A stretch of DNA of 64,000 nucleotides from Anolis carolinensis (taxonomy: Eukaryota): contig NC_085843.1 of the NCBI RefSeq assembly GCF_035594765.1, positions 224,727,971 through 224,791,970 of the forward strand, in the 5' to 3' direction. The notes under the pieces are model-generated. The model did not search any database. It was given only the letters and a program-made list of their open reading frames with translations, and was not told where the DNA came from. A program made the position numbers and the translations under genes. Below, in pieces: positions 32,541-45,803 of this stretch. How positions within the stretch are numbered: the stretch's first letter is position 1; each line of letters starts with the position of its first letter.

Positions 32541-35500
32541 GAAACTACATTCATGAATTCATGAGCATTTTTAAAATTATAAACACCATGTAATGGTTTC
32601 TGCGAAAATGACCATATAAAGCTTTGAATGTGTTTAATATGCCATTTAACTAAACACGTTAAATCAGATAACATTCAGATTATTTCTGGAAAACCCACAT
32701 CACTCGTACTCTTGATGCAAGAGAACAAATGGCAAAAAAAAACCTGACATTAAAAATAGCAATACACTAAACCAGTGACAGAATACATTATTCTTCAAGG
32801 ATACTATAGAGATGTCTGTTATGGAACAAAGCCATTACAAAGGAAGGCTGGAAAGAAAGATAGATGAATTGGGGTATTATCACAAATGAGGTCTATCCTC
32901 AAAGCCTTAAACAGGGACAATAACTTCTAGTGTATCACACACATGTAATTATTTCCATTAAAGCTATGTACGCATAAATATCCTTCTCCATGAAAATTCA
33001 TTATCTGTTTATTTTCTTCCTTTTGTCCCCAGTATATCTTCATGTACTTTAAAGACAAAGTTATTTATGTACCGTTCATGTGGTTCACATTCTTGCACTT
33101 GTATAAGTATGTGTCTACTAAGGCTACTCTTCACCCTCTCCTTCTGAATAAGTATACTGTAGTCCACATTATGCTGAATTAACTGGTATCAAAGATTCCT
33201 TCTTTTTATTCAGAAACAGACTAACAAGGTTATTTCTCTGAAGATTCCACAATGATTTGGAATGAGAGATTTGCATTGCAGTACTTATCTATATAGTAGC
33301 TGAAACACTTTTAAGAGGAACGTAAACAAGTTATCCTTTCACGCTGTCTTCTCTGCCAATTTCAGTATACATAACAGCAGTAGACCCAATGCAACACTGT
33401 TCTGGTTGGAAAGTAGCTGTGAAGTATGCCAAGAGCAATATCACAACTTCCAATTAGTGCGATGCCAACACAACTTCTAGTGTCTATGGACAATGTTGGA
33501 TGCAGTCCTATGTAGATTCATAAATATGAGTCATGAAGCCCAAAATCACCAGTTGTTAGGACTGAAAAATGAATGTAGTGCTTTCACCCTCTTAATTGGA
33601 TTTGAAAAAAAGTAGAAGCAAAACCACAATTTCCAATTACAAAGTTCAAAAGATCTGTAGAATGCTATATTAGAATGACAAGCTGTCCATTGAAACCATA
33701 TCTTGGATGTTTTTGGTAGTCCCAAATAGAGTTAAATTAATGGGATTAAATTAAGTGTGGGCTCAACATTGCTCATTTTGGGTTATACAAACAGCAAATG
33801 AACATTCTGACCAAAGGAAGAAGGTGGACATTGAGTCATCATCCATGAAAGTTGGATTTTCATTACCAGTTTACAAATATCAGAACGTACATAAGATTAC
33901 TTTTGCAACTATAGTTGCCCAGGTCTCTCAAACAAGATGGCCACTGTCCATGCTGGCTGGAAGGTTTAAGGAGTTGTAGTCCAAAACGTAATTTTGTAAA
34001 GCTCTGGCAAATATTTTGCAACACTTTCAAAAACACAACTCTAATTCTATGATTGTGTAGCAAGCTATCAGTATTATTTTATTCTACTTCAAAATAAAAT
34101 ATAGCATGCCTCTAAATTACATTCGTGAGGACCAATTGTGAAATAATGCTATTGTCCAATTTTTAAATTATATAGTCATTTAAAGCAGCTACCATGGGAA
34201 ATGGAAAGCTGACCTAGATAGGCTTTTGGAGTAAAGCTGGATCTTATATTTCTGTAACATTACTCAATGTTTCTTCGTATTTCCCAATGCTATTCTTTTT
34301 CAGTAGCTTTCTGGCCATAACTTTCCTTCCTACAGCTCTAAAGAATAGCCACAGTTGCTCAAACGGCCTTTTCCTTTTGTGCAGGCTCAGCTGCCTCCAT
34401 GTCAATTATAGGTGCCCATGGGAAGAGCACTTGCTCCTTAGCTCACTTTCTCGCTGCCTAGAGTTTTTCCTTTCTCCTGAGGCTCATTTTAGTTATACAG
34501 TGCCATGTTGAGAAAACTGCTTGACAACTCAGAAATCATTAGGTCAGGAAAGTCGGGGAAGGGAGCCCCTTTGCACAAAACGTATATTTCACACATATCA
34601 GCATTTCTCAACCTGTAGGCTGAAGACCATTCACTAGACTAATCCTTTTGCATTTGCATTTGGTCCCCTGAGTTACTGCAGATCCACTGCCTCTCACAGA
34701 AAAGAGGGATGAAAGAAACTGGGAGTGCAAAAGTTACAAGTTCACCGTGGAAGGCAAGTGAGATGGGCAAAATTACTCTGAGAAGCTTTTAGAAAATGGG
34801 GGAAAACAACATGAAATAAAAAGTCCTCTGGATCTGAAAATCCTATCTTAAATGATGAGGCTTACCTCCAGACCAGAGCAATCTTTGTACCTAACATGAG
34901 GACAACAAAACCATGGTACTCATTAGTGTAAGTAAATTCTCAGCTCTCTCAAAGAAGCCTTGAGGGGAGAAAGTCTGAGAATCCTGATACACATCATTTC
35001 CATTTTCAAACAGTGAACTAAGACTTCTTTTCATAATAATGACATATAATTACTCAAAAAGCATGCATAATCTATTACATTGGCATTACTGAATGACACT
35101 GTTATCTTTATCTGAAATATTTTAGAGGGGCCATCTAAAAAGGGTGAAAGAGAAAAAGTGTGACAAAGGATAGAATTAGTATTGGTTTAACTGTGATAAA
35201 TGATAACAAGAGAGAAGAGCATTAATGAAAGTCTCCCAAATATAGTTTTCTTTTAAGTGTGGTCCCTATAAATAACAATTATCGACCAACTGAAGAAATA
35301 ATGACACTAGACACAAGATATAGGATAAAAGAAAGACAATTTTATTAATTGTCACCTATTTTTAAAAAAATTAGTTATAAGTAAAATGTAACCTTGGTGT
35401 GGGAGCAGTAGGTTTCACCGAGTAGGTTTCACAAACTTCCCCGAGTCAAAATACCATAGGCTCAGAAAGGAACCCAGGAAAACTTCAAGTTGCTCCTAAG

Positions 35501-36393
35501 ACAGCTATGAAACTTGAAGGCTGATCACACGGTGTCTATCCTCAAATCACATGTCCCCTGGAGAGAGCAAAAACACAGAGACCAGCCCCAAAGACAGTAC
35601 TTTCCCCACCTCCTGATTGCATGATACTCAGGAACAATTACAGATTTTCATTCTTCATCAGATACATGCCCAGAGGTGCTTACCAAATTCACACCTCCCT
35701 CCAATACCTCCCAATGAGGTCATATTTAGCCAATTGTCAAGTTCTCCATGACAATGTAGGGCAGACAACTGTAATAAAGGAGAGGAAATCCCACCTAGGC
35801 CTGAAGTAACCAGAAGATTTATACTGAAATGATGCAGGATGGTGGGTTTACAAATTACAAAGAGGGAAAGAGGGAGGCGGAACTATCCTGCATATCAGGA
35901 CACTCCTGCTAGTGCGCTGATTCACCTCCTCTCAATTCACTAAGAGGATTCTGTATCATATTAGCTGCTGCATAGATTTGTATGTGTAAAGTTTTGCAAC
36001 ATAGATCACAATATTGTCAGGTATTTCTAAGACCTTAGCAAAGGGCTGGAAAGTTTCTCCATGCAGAAATCCTGCCAGGATCCAAGCACCCTTCTGTGCA
36101 GTGTAGGAGTTGTACTGCAGAAACAACACAGACACTAAACACAGTTGTTATTTCCAAATGCAGGAAGGCTTTATCTTCAAAAGTTACAGAAAATATTTAC
36201 AGCTATACAAAATATACACTTTCTCTATCTCTATATACCTCATATGGATCACCATCATCTGTCCATCATCACCATCATCTAGCCACTTGCTTAGTTATGG
36301 TGTCACAGCATTTTACCATGTGACTAGGCCTGAGTGACTCAGCCATTTACCATTTTAATATGCCAGGTAATTTTGCAAATCTTGACAATAAGT

Positions 36394-37095
36394 TGTGACG
36401 GCGCTAGTGGCGCCATCTATATGTTGGAACTATAAGTTTCAAGATTTGAATTGTTGTATCATGCCTGATTTTGCCCTTACCCTGTAAATGTAGTTGGATT
36501 GGTTATTTATATCTGTCAATCAATGTTGTTTGTACCTGTTATATTGCTCACTCAGCAAAACTGTTTGGCTCCACCTCTTCCTGGAGTAGGACTGTGTTTC
36601 CTCCTTTTCATTCCATCAGCAAGTTCTCTATCGGATGGACGTGAAAGAGAGGCTTGGCTCAAAAAGCCCTTCAAAAGTTACCTCTCAGCACCAATTCTGA
36701 GGTTCTTACCCTTGGGACTCACACTTCATGTTCAGGGCCAACCTGAACAACGTTGAGGAGTCTCAAGCGCCTTCACATCAGTCCTTTGGCAACAGAGGAA
36801 GACTCTTGTCTTCAGATATAGGTCATTGGACTGAGGCTGAGTTTGCTCCGGCATTCACAGCCAGAGAAAGAGGGATCTGGACAAGCTTCATGGACTTAAA
36901 CAATCAAAGACTGTAATGTATATTTTCTTTTACCCCCTTTGTGAAGAATAAACCCAGTTTTTGAGTTAACTACAGTGTTTTGGTCCTTGGGAGTTCCAGT
37001 TTCCCTAAAGGAGGGCAAGAAGCAATCCCCTGGGGAAAGATGTCACGTCCATGCCTCTTTCACTAAGAGTTTACAGCCCCAGGCGCGACGGCACA
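36394..37095 (+). mobile_element. solo LTR (702 bp; gypsy or ERV, class undetermined)
   Basis: TGTG...CACA ends. 5-bp TSD TAAGT (36389-36393, 37096-37100). AATAAA near 36947. Confidence 0.88.
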
Positions 37096-37254
37096 TAAGT
37101 TGTGACCACTTATTTTAATTTGGGGAATACGTTTTGCAGGAAAAAAGCATTTTGACTCCTTCTTTCCAGTAATAATTTGGCATAGGGAATTTATTCCATG
37201 TTGCTAATTTCCCAAGTGTACCCAATATGAGAGGGGAGATTTGCTTATATGTCT

Positions 37255-37255
<1 letters not shown>

Positions 37256-37306
<51 letters not shown>

Positions 37307-37490
37307 ATGCCTTCAAATTGTTTCCAACCTATGGCTATCTTAACATGAACTATCACAGTGTTTTGTGGGCTGAGTGCATGTAACTTGCCCAGGGTCACCC
37401 AATGGATTTTCATGGCCATACAGGGATTCAAATTCTGGTCTCTATTGTCATAGTCCAATACTCAAACTAATTTGTCACACTGGCTCTCAG
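37256..37490 (-). mobile_element. older tRNA/CORE-type SINE with (CAA)n tail
   Basis: (GTT)n at 37256-37305, then reverse TGCCTTCAA...ACTTGCCCAGGGTCACCCA...GATTCAAATTCTGGTCTC. Confidence 0.75.
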
Positions 37491-37551
37491 ATAGAATAGA
37501 TTAGACTAGACAGATAGATGCGGTTTAAGTATTGGATTATGATTCTCTATA

Positions 37552-39140
37552 CAGTGGGGGGGGGGGGGGGTATTTAGTCAGATACCAATTGTACAAGTTC
37601 TCCCACTTAAAAAGATGAGAGAAGCCTGTAATTGACATCATAGGTAGACATCAATTATGAGAGACAACATGAGAAAACACATCCAGAAAATCACACTGAT
37701 TTTTCACGAATTTATTTGCAAATTATGGTGGAAAATAAGTATCTGGTCCATAACCAAAGTTAATCTCAATACTTTGTTATATATCCTTTATTGGCAATGA
37801 CAGAGGTCAAACATTTTCTGTAAGTCCTCACAAGGTTGGCACACACTGTTGCTGGTATGTTGGCCCATTCCTCCATGCAGATCTTCTGAAGAGCAGTGAT
37901 GTTTTGGGGCTGTCACTGGGCAACATGGGCTTTCAACTCCCTCCAAAGGTTTTCTATAGGGTTGAGGTCTAGAGACTGGCTAGGCCACTCCAGGACCTTG
38001 AAATGCTTCTTACAAAGCCACTCCATTGCCCTGGTGTTGTGCCTGGGGTCATTGTCATGCTGAAAGACCCAGCCACGTTTCATTTTCTGTGACCTTGCTG
38101 ATGGAGGGAGGTTTGCACTCCAAATCTCACGATACATGGCCCCATTCATTCTTTCATGTATATGGATCAGTCACCCTGGTCTCTTTGCAGAGAAACAGCC
38201 CCAAAGCATGATGTTGCCACCCCCATGCTTCACAGTGCTCTTTGGATGCAACTCAGCATTCTTTCTCCTCCAAACACGACGAGTTGTGTTTCTGCCAAAC
38301 AGTTCTACTTTGCTTTCATCTGACCATATGACATTCTCCCAATTTTCTTCTGAATCATCCAAATGCTCTCTATCAAACTTCAGTCGGCGCCAGACATATA
38401 CTGGCTTAAGCAGGGGGACACACCTGGCTCTGCGGGATCTGGGTCCCTGGCGGCATAGTAGTGTGTTACTGATGGTAGCCTTTATTACGTTGGTCCCAGC
38501 TCTCTGCAGGTCATTCACTAAGTCCCCCCATATGGTTCTGGGATTTTTGCTCACCATTCTTGTGATCATTTTGACCCCATGGGGTGAGATCTTGCGTGGA
38601 GCCCCAGATCGAGGGAGATTATCAGTGGTCTTGTATCTCTTCCATTTTCTAATTATTGCTCCCACAGTGGATTTCTTCAAACCAAGCTGCTTGCCTATTG
38701 CAGATTCAGTCTTCCCAGTCTGGTACAGGGCTACCATTTTGTTTCTGGTGTCCTTCGACAGCTCTTTGGTCATCACCATAGTGGAGTTTGGAGTGTGACT
38801 GCTTGAGGTTGTGGACAGGTGTCTTTCATACTGATAACAAATAGGTGCCATTACTACAGGTAATGAGTGGAGGACAGAGGAGCCTCTTAAAGAAGAAGTC
38901 ACAGGTCTGTGAGACCCAGAAATCTTGCTTGTTTGTAGGTGACCAAATACTTATTTTCCACCATAATTTGCAAATAAATTCATGAAAAATCAGACAATGT
39001 GAATTTCTGGATGTGTTTTCTCATGTTGTCTCTCATAGTTGAGATCTACCTATGATGTCAATTACAGGACTCTCTCATCTTTTTAAATGGGAGAACTTGT
39101 ACAATTGGTATCTGACTAAATATCCCCCCCCCCCCCACTG
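37552..39140 (-). mobile_element. Tc1 (DD34E, IR/DR type) DNA transposon, near full length
   Basis: ~200-bp TIRs (37552-37750, 38941-39140) starting CAGTG, TA on both flanks, inner direct repeat GGTGGAAAATAAGTAT(C/T)TGGTC, transposase inside. Confidence 0.97.
37766..38779 (-). pseudogene. Tc1 transposase, disrupted (frameshift/stop near 38171, stop at 37913, small deletions)
   Basis: [14 protein letters not shown] (paired-like HTH), [53 protein letters not shown], ends ANKGYITKY*. Confidence 0.95.
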
Positions 39141-39697
39141 TATATCCTAATGTGTGTGAGGAATAGAAGATGGGTAGATGGAATAGAAAAAGATACCCGG
39201 ATATACATCCCAATGCAGTAGAGAGCTCCTAATTTGTTTCTGCAAAATCCTGGGGAAATAATAACCCCACAGTATAAGGTAAAAGGTTACATATTGATGC
39301 CCTAGATATTTATATACTCATTTAGAAAATGAAATATGTATTAATACAAAGTTGTCTGAAGGAGAAAAAAAAAACATCTTGCAACCAGAACACTTTCCAG
39401 CTCCGAAATCCATATATATCATGCAATATTCTGACAGTCTGTTGCTTTCATTTCAACACAGTACACAGTGATCCCCCTCCTCCCTAGTCAAGTTACTTCT
39501 TTTTCAAAGTGGCATTAGGAAGGAACAAGCAGTACTTAAAAACTGTATCCAGATACCTGTTTATGCAGATTAACTGATGGCCTCAAAATAAAACTAGCAG
39601 GAAGAAAGGGCTAAGGTGGCCAAGCAGAATTGGCTCAACAGGAGAAGGAATTATCTTCATGGAGGTCTACCAGCTCTCAGCTTTCCCGTGCCTCTGA

Positions 39698-40340
39698 AGG
39701 TTACTCCAGACAGGGCCCAAAATGCGGGCTCTGTCGGACTTTACTTGGATGCATCCAAACAATGCCTCCAGTAAAAGAGAATTAATTCAGGGTTTACCTG
39801 CTTTGTCCTGAACTAATTGGCTACCCCATTAGACCTAGACCTTCCTGAAAGACCCAGGTCTAATTGAGTATAAGGCCTGTGGGGACCTCATCTCGGTTCT
39901 TCAGCTCCATGAGCCTGGAGAACAAAGAAGGGCACCCAACCCCGTCCCCAACCCCCCCAACCCCTTAAATTAAAGAAAGCTTACCAGGTTGCCATGCTGC
40001 TCTTCTGGCAGGCCTCATAGCACATAGAAATGATGTGCCAGGAGGTGGGGGTGAGGAGGAAAATCGCTCCCCCACCTCCTGGCACATCATTTCTATGCAC
40101 CAGGAGGCCTGCTGGAGGAGCGGCATGGCAACCCGGTAAGTTTTCTTTTATTTTAAGACCTTTTTTGGGGGGAGGGGGTGAGCTCCTGCACTCCTGATGG
40201 TTACCTGGAGGGCATGGAATCACACACACACACTGGAAAAGCCTGCATTTTTGGGGAGGACGTAGGGACTCAAACCCATCGTGAAGCAGGTTTCTTAAAC
40301 CTGTTACTGCATGGGTTTAAGTCCTGTTTGGAAGTGCCCT
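39698..40340. mobile_element. degraded Harbinger-like non-autonomous element
   Basis: Ends resemble each other in inverted orientation (TCCAGACAGG / CCTGTTTGGAAGTGCCC). Internal inverted repeat CATAGAAATGATGTGCCAGGAGGTGGGG / CCCCACCTCCTGGCACATCATTTCTATG. Confidence 0.55.
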
Positions 40341-41904
40341 GAGACAAAACAATGTGCTCTTATTTATGGTCATCAAAATGCCATTAAGGCCAAAGAGATG
40401 GCTCTTTTTGTCTTGTGAGTCTTTTTCACAGACAATCAATTTAATACATATGGCAAAGAGCAATGTCCCAGTTTGCTATGCTTGTTTGCAAGAGATTATA
40501 CATGCTCAATTACCTGGCACAGTTCAATGGGCAAAGCTCTTCTACTGAAATATTAGCCCTAAATTAAGCTGAGAAATGTTGTCATGCATCAGCCCAATAT
40601 GCATAAAGCAGGGTGGGGGAATCTCTAAGAATCGTGCTGCCATACCCTGGCTTGAACTGGTTGGCTGTATCCTGTCCCTTTCCTAATCTCTACAATGCCA
40701 GATTGAAATGTTTGTCTACTGAGACTGTGTCTTATTACAGCCATAAAATGAACCCTTCCCTGCTGTTTCTGTCCTTTAAAGGACTGAGTTGAGTTCTTGA
40801 ATAAGCATTCTTGGGTCAGCTTCAACCCAAATGTGCAAAATGTTCATGAACTGGGCAAAGATCACAAGATTTGTATTTGACTCCACAAATGCTAAAAAAT
40901 GTACAAATTCATATGCCTAAATCTGATTGCCACTCAATTACTAGTATACCCACTGGACTCAAATGCAGAATGATGGATTAACTTTATATAAATCCTGTGG
41001 ACTCGCTGGGATTAGCAATTAAATTCAAGGCATGGGATTCAGGAGACACTTTGTTCACATGAAGCAACAAGAACATAAAAACTTTTGGACAAGGAAAAGA
41101 TGGAAAACAAAAAGACCACTTCTCATTGCATAAGGATTAATCTTCAAAATTTATTTTGGATATTTCACATTATGCTTTGGTTTCATGTAATTTCTCCCCT
41201 AATTTTCCAGAGATGTTTTAGAAACATCTACAGCGGTATTTTTCCCGTTACAAATGTCTGAAAGCTATTTTAACACACTAGAAAACCAGAACAGTGATCA
41301 ATTAATGGTGTCTACAACAAACTCCACTTTTTAAAAGCACTAAAAATTTTAAGATTGGTTTGTGCGGCTTCTTGAGCACAGGGCTCTATAATATTGAATG
41401 CTTTTTCTTTCTTCCATTAGTCAATGGCAGGTGGAATTACTTAGCAAACAGCACTGATAGATTGGCAATTCTCTCTTCTGTTCAGGGACATCATGCAGGC
41501 ACAGTTGCACAGCTGCCTAAAACCCGTGTCAAAATGCAGATGTTCAAATAATTGCTTTATGCATATTCCTTATAACATGTGAAGAGGGAATCTATTCACA
41601 TATGTTCCCTTTGGTGAAACGTGCAATTTGCAGCTGCCAGTAATTTTTCAGGGATCTCACTTCCAGCTGAGAATCTCCACTCAATATGACAAACTTATAG
41701 ATTACCTAAGTAATCACATGTGGGGTCAGAGCTTTTGAAATCTTCACTATCAGGTGCGTCAAATCTTAGTGTGCATCTTCACTGTAGAATTAATACTGTT
41801 TGGCACTATTTTAATTCTCATGGTTCAAGGCTATAAATTCCTGAGATCTGTAATTTAGTGAGGTACAGAAGACTAAAGTTCTTATGAAACTACCACTCCC
41901 ATAT

Positions 41905-42115
41905 TATTTATTGTATCAGAAGTGAACCGAGAGTACAATTGTAATGCATTTAATAACACAAAGTTAAAAACTTGGCATTATACTAAATGTCCTTTGACTA
42001 GGAGCTGGCCACTTGGAGTGCCTCTGGAGTTGTTATAAGCAGCTCCTCCATTGTGCATGTGGCAGGGCTCAGACTGCATTGAAATAAGTGGTCTGTGGTT
42101 TGTCTTCTCCACTCC
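41905..42115 (-). mobile_element. Vingi LINE 3' end (second copy)
   Basis: QTTDHLFQCSLSPATCTMEELLITTPEALQVAS; colinear with 8685-8915. Confidence 0.8.
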
Positions 42116-42550
42116 CATGATTCCATAGCATTGAGGCATAACAGCTCAATGATATTAAAGTGCAATAATCCTGCATTATAAACACAGCCCTCAATTGTAC
42201 ACATATATACACCTACTCGGATAGAATGCTCACTGAACTTCATAGGTCTTACTTTAGAGTCCTTGCTCTTTTCAATTTCAGGGTTTTAGTTTTTTGCATT
42301 AAAAATTTCTCACATACTGATTTTGATCAATGGTGTTAATTATTGTTTTATCCTCTTTCGTTATTTCTGTGTAAGCCTCCCTGGGCAGATATTGGAGCAC
42401 GCACATTTCTTCTGGAGCTGGCAAACCCCAAAGGCAGTCCACAAGTTTCCTTCCTAAACAAATAATGTCACCAATAAATAAAACCAACTTCACATAGTTT
42501 AAGCAGTAAAGTGGCAGAGTTGTGTACACACAATTCACTTTTAGGATATA

Positions 42551-42873
42551 CAGTAGAGTCTCACTTATCCAAGCCTCACTTATCCAAGCTTCTGGATTAT
42601 CCAAGCCATTTTTGTAGTCAATGTTTTCAATATATTGTGATATTTTGGTGCTCAATTCGGAAGTACAGTAATTAGAACATTACATTACTGCGTATTGAAC
42701 TACATTTTCTGTCAAATTTGTTATATAACATGATGTTTTGGTGCTTAATTTGTAAAATCATAACCTAATTTGATGTTTAATAGGCTTTTCCTTAATCCCT
42801 CCTTATTATCCAAGATATTCGCTTATCCAAGCTTCTGCCGGCCCGTTTAGCTTGGATAAGTGAGACTCTACTG
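42551..42873. mobile_element. pogo/Tigger-type MITE
   Basis: Perfect 24-bp TIR CAGTAGAGTCTCACTTATCCAAGC, TA flanks, repeated TTATCCAAG subterminal motif. Confidence 0.93.
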
Positions 42874-43042
42874 TAACTGTGTGGAGTGACTGGTTCAGAT
42901 TTCTACCAGCATGATCATGATTCTATATGTCACAGAAAGTAGCTATTAAACATTCTGGAGTTATTTCCACATAGTTTATAATGCACTGGATTGTTCGTGC
43001 CTGAGCTTGCATCACACTTGTGATTACTTATGTTACTGTGTT

Positions 43043-43100
43043 CGGCCAATTCTCTCACTCCAGAAGCAACTCCGGTTGCTCCTGACACGAAAAAAAAACA
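43043..43100 (+). mobile_element. 5'-truncated Vingi-tailed SINE
   Basis: GGCCAATTCTCTCACTCCAGAAGCAACTCCGGTTGCTCCTGACACG+poly(A). Confidence 0.8.
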
Positions 43101-43971
43101 ACAAAAAACTGTGTTCCACATTCTTCTTTTTTTCCTTTTTTTTTTGTTCTGTAAACAATGTGAAACACAACATCAAAGTTTAGGATGCTGTTTTTGCACA
43201 GCTTCATGTTGTTCTGACTTGTGAAGATTCCAGGGCAAACCTGCCACGATATTTCCTTCTCCATAGTTGTTCAAAGGGAATTTGCCTCTCCCTTTGTCTT
43301 CCTCTGAGAAGCAAAAAATGTGACTTGCAGGCTTTCCATGCAGGGGTTCAACTAATTCCTGAATTTTGGAATATTACTTGACAAGATTAACTCCTTGCAC
43401 TATCCATTCTAAGCTCTCACCAAATATTCATTACTGTTAACATTATTTCTTAAACTACACTGGACAATGTGATATTTGCAATGTATTATTTCCAAGCTCT
43501 GCCTAACATCATTTTCACCTAATACTTAAGTTCATCAACGTTTCAAGAATTAATGTTCATGTCTTGTTGTCAGGACTTGCTGTCTTCCATTATGCAAGGA
43601 GATAAAGCTTTCTGAGATGATAGAAGCCAAAGGGCAGTGGTGCAATTCTCCCCCAGTTACTCCTGAGCCTCATGGTCTTATCTGTCTGGGAAGACAGAAT
43701 ATTATACGAACATTTATATGGTCTCCATACCATCACAAAGGAACCTTTGTATGGTCCTGCACATCATGAAGTAACCTCAAGCGCTCAGCCTGCAGGGTGA
43801 ATTGCCAGTCCAGTCAGTTTCTGTGTATTGAAGAGGAAGGTACCATTTTTACAGGGTAGGAAATGTGTTAAGCTGCCCTACTTCTAAAAAGAGTAGTTGG
43901 CATAGAGTGGGGGGAAAGGAGCACTTAATGTTGCCACTCACTATTAAGTATTTTAATAGTTCACATTTTAC

Positions 43972-44280
43972 AGAATCATAAAGTTGGAAGAGACAACAAA
44001 GAGCACAGCAGTGAAACCCCCCACCATGCAGGAAAATACAATAAGGCACTCCCGACAGATGGCCACCCAGCCTCTGCTTAAAAACCTTCAAAGAAGGAGA
44101 CGCCACCACACTCCTAAGCAGCATATTCCATTGCTGAACTTCTCTTACTATTAGGAAGTTCTTCCTAATGCATAGGTGGGATTTCTTTTCCTGAAATTTG
44201 AATACATTGCTCCATGACGTACCCACCAGAGCAGCAGAAAACAAACTTGTTCCCTCCTCAATGTGACATCCCTTCAAATA
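43972..44280 (-). mobile_element. CR1 3' end
   Basis: KGCHIEEGTSLFSAA...IRKNFLIVREVQQWN.L.RSVVASPSLKVFKQRL. Confidence 0.88.
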
Positions 44281-44281
44281 T

Positions 44282-44560
44282 TATTTATTTATGTATTTAT
44301 TTATTTATCTTATTTCTATCTCAAAGAAATTACCTTATTTCTACCCCAGGCTTTTCTCTACCCTGAAGGGGACTCAAGGCGGCTTACATATGGCAACCAT
44401 TAGATGCCTTAAAATACATACAGAGACTTAAAATCAATTAAATTTAAAATTAATACATATTAAACATCTAAGGCATTACATTCAATATTAAAATAACATC
44501 ATCCAAAAATCATAGTCCAAGGCTGTTCCGTCATTAGTTACTCATAATTCCAAGTCTATT
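44282..44560 (-). mobile_element. L2-type 3' tail fragment
   Basis: Reverse reads TGTAAGCCGCCTTGAGTCCCCTTCAGGGTAGAGAAAAG with (TAAA)n tail. Confidence 0.6.
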
Positions 44561-44894
44561 ATTGGACACTGTACAGAGTCCAGTGACTCTGATGTTAAAG
44601 CAAAAGTGGATCCATTTTGGGTGTTATTATGAACTTAATTCAAGGTGCTTTACTGTCTCTCCAAAACAGCTTCTGCACCTTGGGAAGCTCCTTCAAAGTT
44701 CAGGATACAACCCAGAGCAGATTCACTACCTCGCTGACAGTGGGATTCCCATTTACTTCCAATTGAGTCATTTGAGATCTGGCTGAAGGGAATATACAAA
44801 ATAAAGCAAATGTTTCTACGGTTTCTCAGTAATTCAATCTGGTTAGTGCTAGTTATGTGCACTAGTAATTCTGATTTTTTTAGATACTGGAATT

Positions 44895-45018
44895 TAAACA
44901 TGGCTATTATGTCCCCTCTCAGCCTTAATTTCTCCAAGCTAAACATACCATAAGCTGCTATTCACAGAGCTTGGCTTCTAGATTTTTTACCATTTTGGTT
45001 ACTCCTCTCTGGACACAG
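44895..45018 (-). mobile_element. CR1 fragment
   Basis: MFSLEKLRLRGDIIAMFK. Confidence 0.75.
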
Positions 45019-45803
45019 GGTTGAGAAGTCTGCTGTAGCTGCTGGAGAAGAGGCCTGAACATCTCCAATCAGCTCTTCTGTTGCTGGCTTTGGGACTCCT
45101 TGTGAGCAGACTGCAGCCCCAGGCCCTTTAAAGTTGGGTGTGACTCAGGACTTCCAAGGGGGAGTGTAGCTATAAAGCTGAGTCCATAAGGCCTGGGTGG
45201 ACTTCAATTTTAATCTGTTACATGTATTTGTAGAATATTATCTCTGGGTGGATACTGGTCACTCTGGGACTGTTACAACAGCTGGTGTTGAGAAGGACTA
45301 GGTAGCAGTGAGAGGGCTACCAAGAACTATCTAGTTGACTACAAAGCAGTCCCCTGGAGCTGCTTTTAGGGGGCTGCTGGACTAATTGGATGTCTATCCC
45401 TACCCAACGGTCAAGAAATGGTTGCACTTTGTCCTCTGCCCCAAAGCACTTTACAGCTATGCTATGGTACTTTAGTTCAATTTGGCCCCTCCAAAAACCT
45501 GGTGGTTCATTTTATTTTATTTCATTTTATTTTTATTCACTTTATGTTTTTAATGGGCTTTTATGGTTAATGTAATTTACTGTTTGCATAATGTCGATTT
45601 TACTGTGTTTTATTCATTGTAATATGTTTTTAATTGTTGTACTTGTTTACTGTTTTCGGGCCTCTGTCCCATGTTAGCAGCCCCGAGTCCCTGCAAGGGG
45701 ATGGTGGGGGGATAGAAAAATAAAGTTACTTACTTACTTACTAATTGGCCTGATTGACTGGGAATACACCCATTGACTGTGTGTTAAGTGTTGTTATATT
45801 AAT

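Noticed and set aside
36499-36916. ORFs inside the 36394-37095 LTR as further U3 microproteins
   Set aside because: They do not start at the LTR 5' end, are not acidic and lack the motifs; the frame at base 5 begins ACG and closes after about 30 codons.
37204-37458. Poly-Gln ORF (also poly-Val at 3768 and poly-Ile at 47433)
   Set aside because: Translations of trinucleotide microsatellites.
38136-38798. 220-aa plus-strand ORF
   Set aside because: Antisense of the Tc1 transposase.
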